A stretch of DNA of 64,000 nt, taken from assembly GCF_001194135.2 (NCBI RefSeq), contig NC_068982.1, forward strand, positions 87,388,751-87,452,750, read 5' to 3'. Below are positions 62,831-64,000 of this stretch, in pieces. The first letter of the stretch is position 1, and each line of letters starts with the position of its first letter. The DNA is from Octopus bimaculoides. Taxonomy: Eukaryota. The notes under the pieces were generated by a model that was not told where the DNA came from, searched no databases, and saw only the letters and a program-made list of their open reading frames with translations. The translations under genes and the position numbers were made by a program.

Positions 62831-64000
62831 TAGCAACAAACAAGATGAGGACAAATATCTGTCGAATGTAAATAATGTACATAATTCCTCATCTCTTAAA
62901 TATAGAACTATATAAACCCACAATTGAAATTATGAAGCTAGAAGATAATGTATGATTGATTCAAAACAATAAATAGAGAATACATTTGACAAAGAAATTT
63001 GAATGCTAAAGGGTTAACTTATAAGCACCTCATATCTGTCAAACATTAAAAGAAGGTAAATAAGCAATTTCTAAATTTATTTCAATTACATTTAAAAGTA
63101 CAGTTTTGATTAAAAGGCAGGATTTCAACTTTTTGCTTGTGTTTAATATATTAACATAATGTCTTTTAATATGCTGAATTTCCACAGGTCCTGCTAGTTA
63201 TTATTTAAGGCAGTGAGCTGACACTAAAGGAGGCAAGTTGGCAGAATAGTTATCATGCCATGCGAAATGCTTTGCAGTGTTTCATGTCTTCATGTTCTGA
63301 GTTCAAATTCCACTGGGGTCGACTTTACCTTTCATCCTTTCGGGATTAATGAAATAAGTACCAGTTGAGCAACGGGGTCGGTGTAAATGAATATCCCCAC
63401 CCCCAAATTTTAGGCCTTGTGCCTATAGTAGAAAGGGTTATTATGATTATTTATCCTTGTAATGTCCTCATCTGAAGCCTCTGTGGCAAATAAAAGGAAT
63501 CATTATCATCATAATCCATGCACTACAAGGAGAATGAATAGAGTCAACTGCTTAGAGCAACAGCTGGTGAGAGAACAGGTGATTATATCAATCCTGGTAC
63601 TTATTTTATTACCTTTAGAAGGAAGAAAACAAACTTGTCTTTGACATAAATATAACACAAGATCATACTATCTTTCTGTTACCTGACATCTTTTTCTACT
63701 CTAAGCACAAGGCCCAAAATTTTGGGGGAGGGGAGGGGGCAGTCGATTAGATTGACCGCAGTACGCAACTGGTACTTAATTTATCAACCCCAAAAGGATG
63801 AAAGGCAAAGTCAACCTAATATTGATACTAAGCTTGTTCAATAAAATTCCATATAGTTTGCTTATGTAATTCTCTTGTTATTATAGATAAAAAAAACTGT
63901 GGTGTAATTAACATATGGAGTTTTGGTTATATTAGATTAGTAACTATGACTTTCATCATATTTCATGTGATCTTCCTTCCATAAATTAATGATCTCCTCA

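Larger units (their letters stand above)
62366..62909. mobile_element. Head-to-head inverted dimer of a tRNA-headed, hammerhead-bearing short element
   Basis: Palindrome centre between 62613 and 62614. Each arm is tRNA-like head (A and B boxes) + (AAT/AAC)n + tail with HHR-like motif. 9-bp TSD ATATAAACC at 62357-62365 and 62910-62918. Confidence 0.85.
62257..63013. mobile_element. piggyBac-like non-autonomous element (MITE) with TTAA TSD, carrying a nested insertion
   Basis: TTAA|CCCTTTAGCATT ... AATGCTAAAGGG|TTAA (TSDs 62253-62256 and 63014-63017). Confidence 0.85.

Overview
AT-rich, repeat-dense animal genomic DNA with about 11 assembly gaps (N runs). The SINE and microsatellite landscape looks cephalopod (Octopus-like); that is an inference from repeat content, not shown directly. 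The only host gene is a multi-exon, plus-strand axonemal outer-arm dynein intermediate chain (DNAI1-like, WD40). I read 14 frame-consistent GT-AG exons from 4188 to the stop codon at 60619 (about 558 codons); the 5' exons lie upstream of the window. Two further phase-0 cassette-exon candidates (36 nt and 72 nt) lie near the C-terminus. The introns and flanks hold an R4/Dong-like RLE LINE, a hAT transposon, mariner, maT (DD37D) and Tc1 relics, RTE and CR1-like fragments, a Gypsy-type LTR element lacking RT/RNase H, many SINEs, and a Penelope-like element (GIY-YIG) with a Tx1-like LINE nested inside. The signal not shown by the ORF track is a set of minimal type I hammerhead-ribozyme (HHR) motifs: 29723-29819, 40753-40836, a weak relic pair near 46200-46480, and two degenerate copies near 62.4-62.8 kb. 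The last two sit in a tRNA-headed element inserted as a spacer-less head-to-head palindrome with a 9-bp target-site duplication (TSD). All structures were read by eye; no folding or database search was run.
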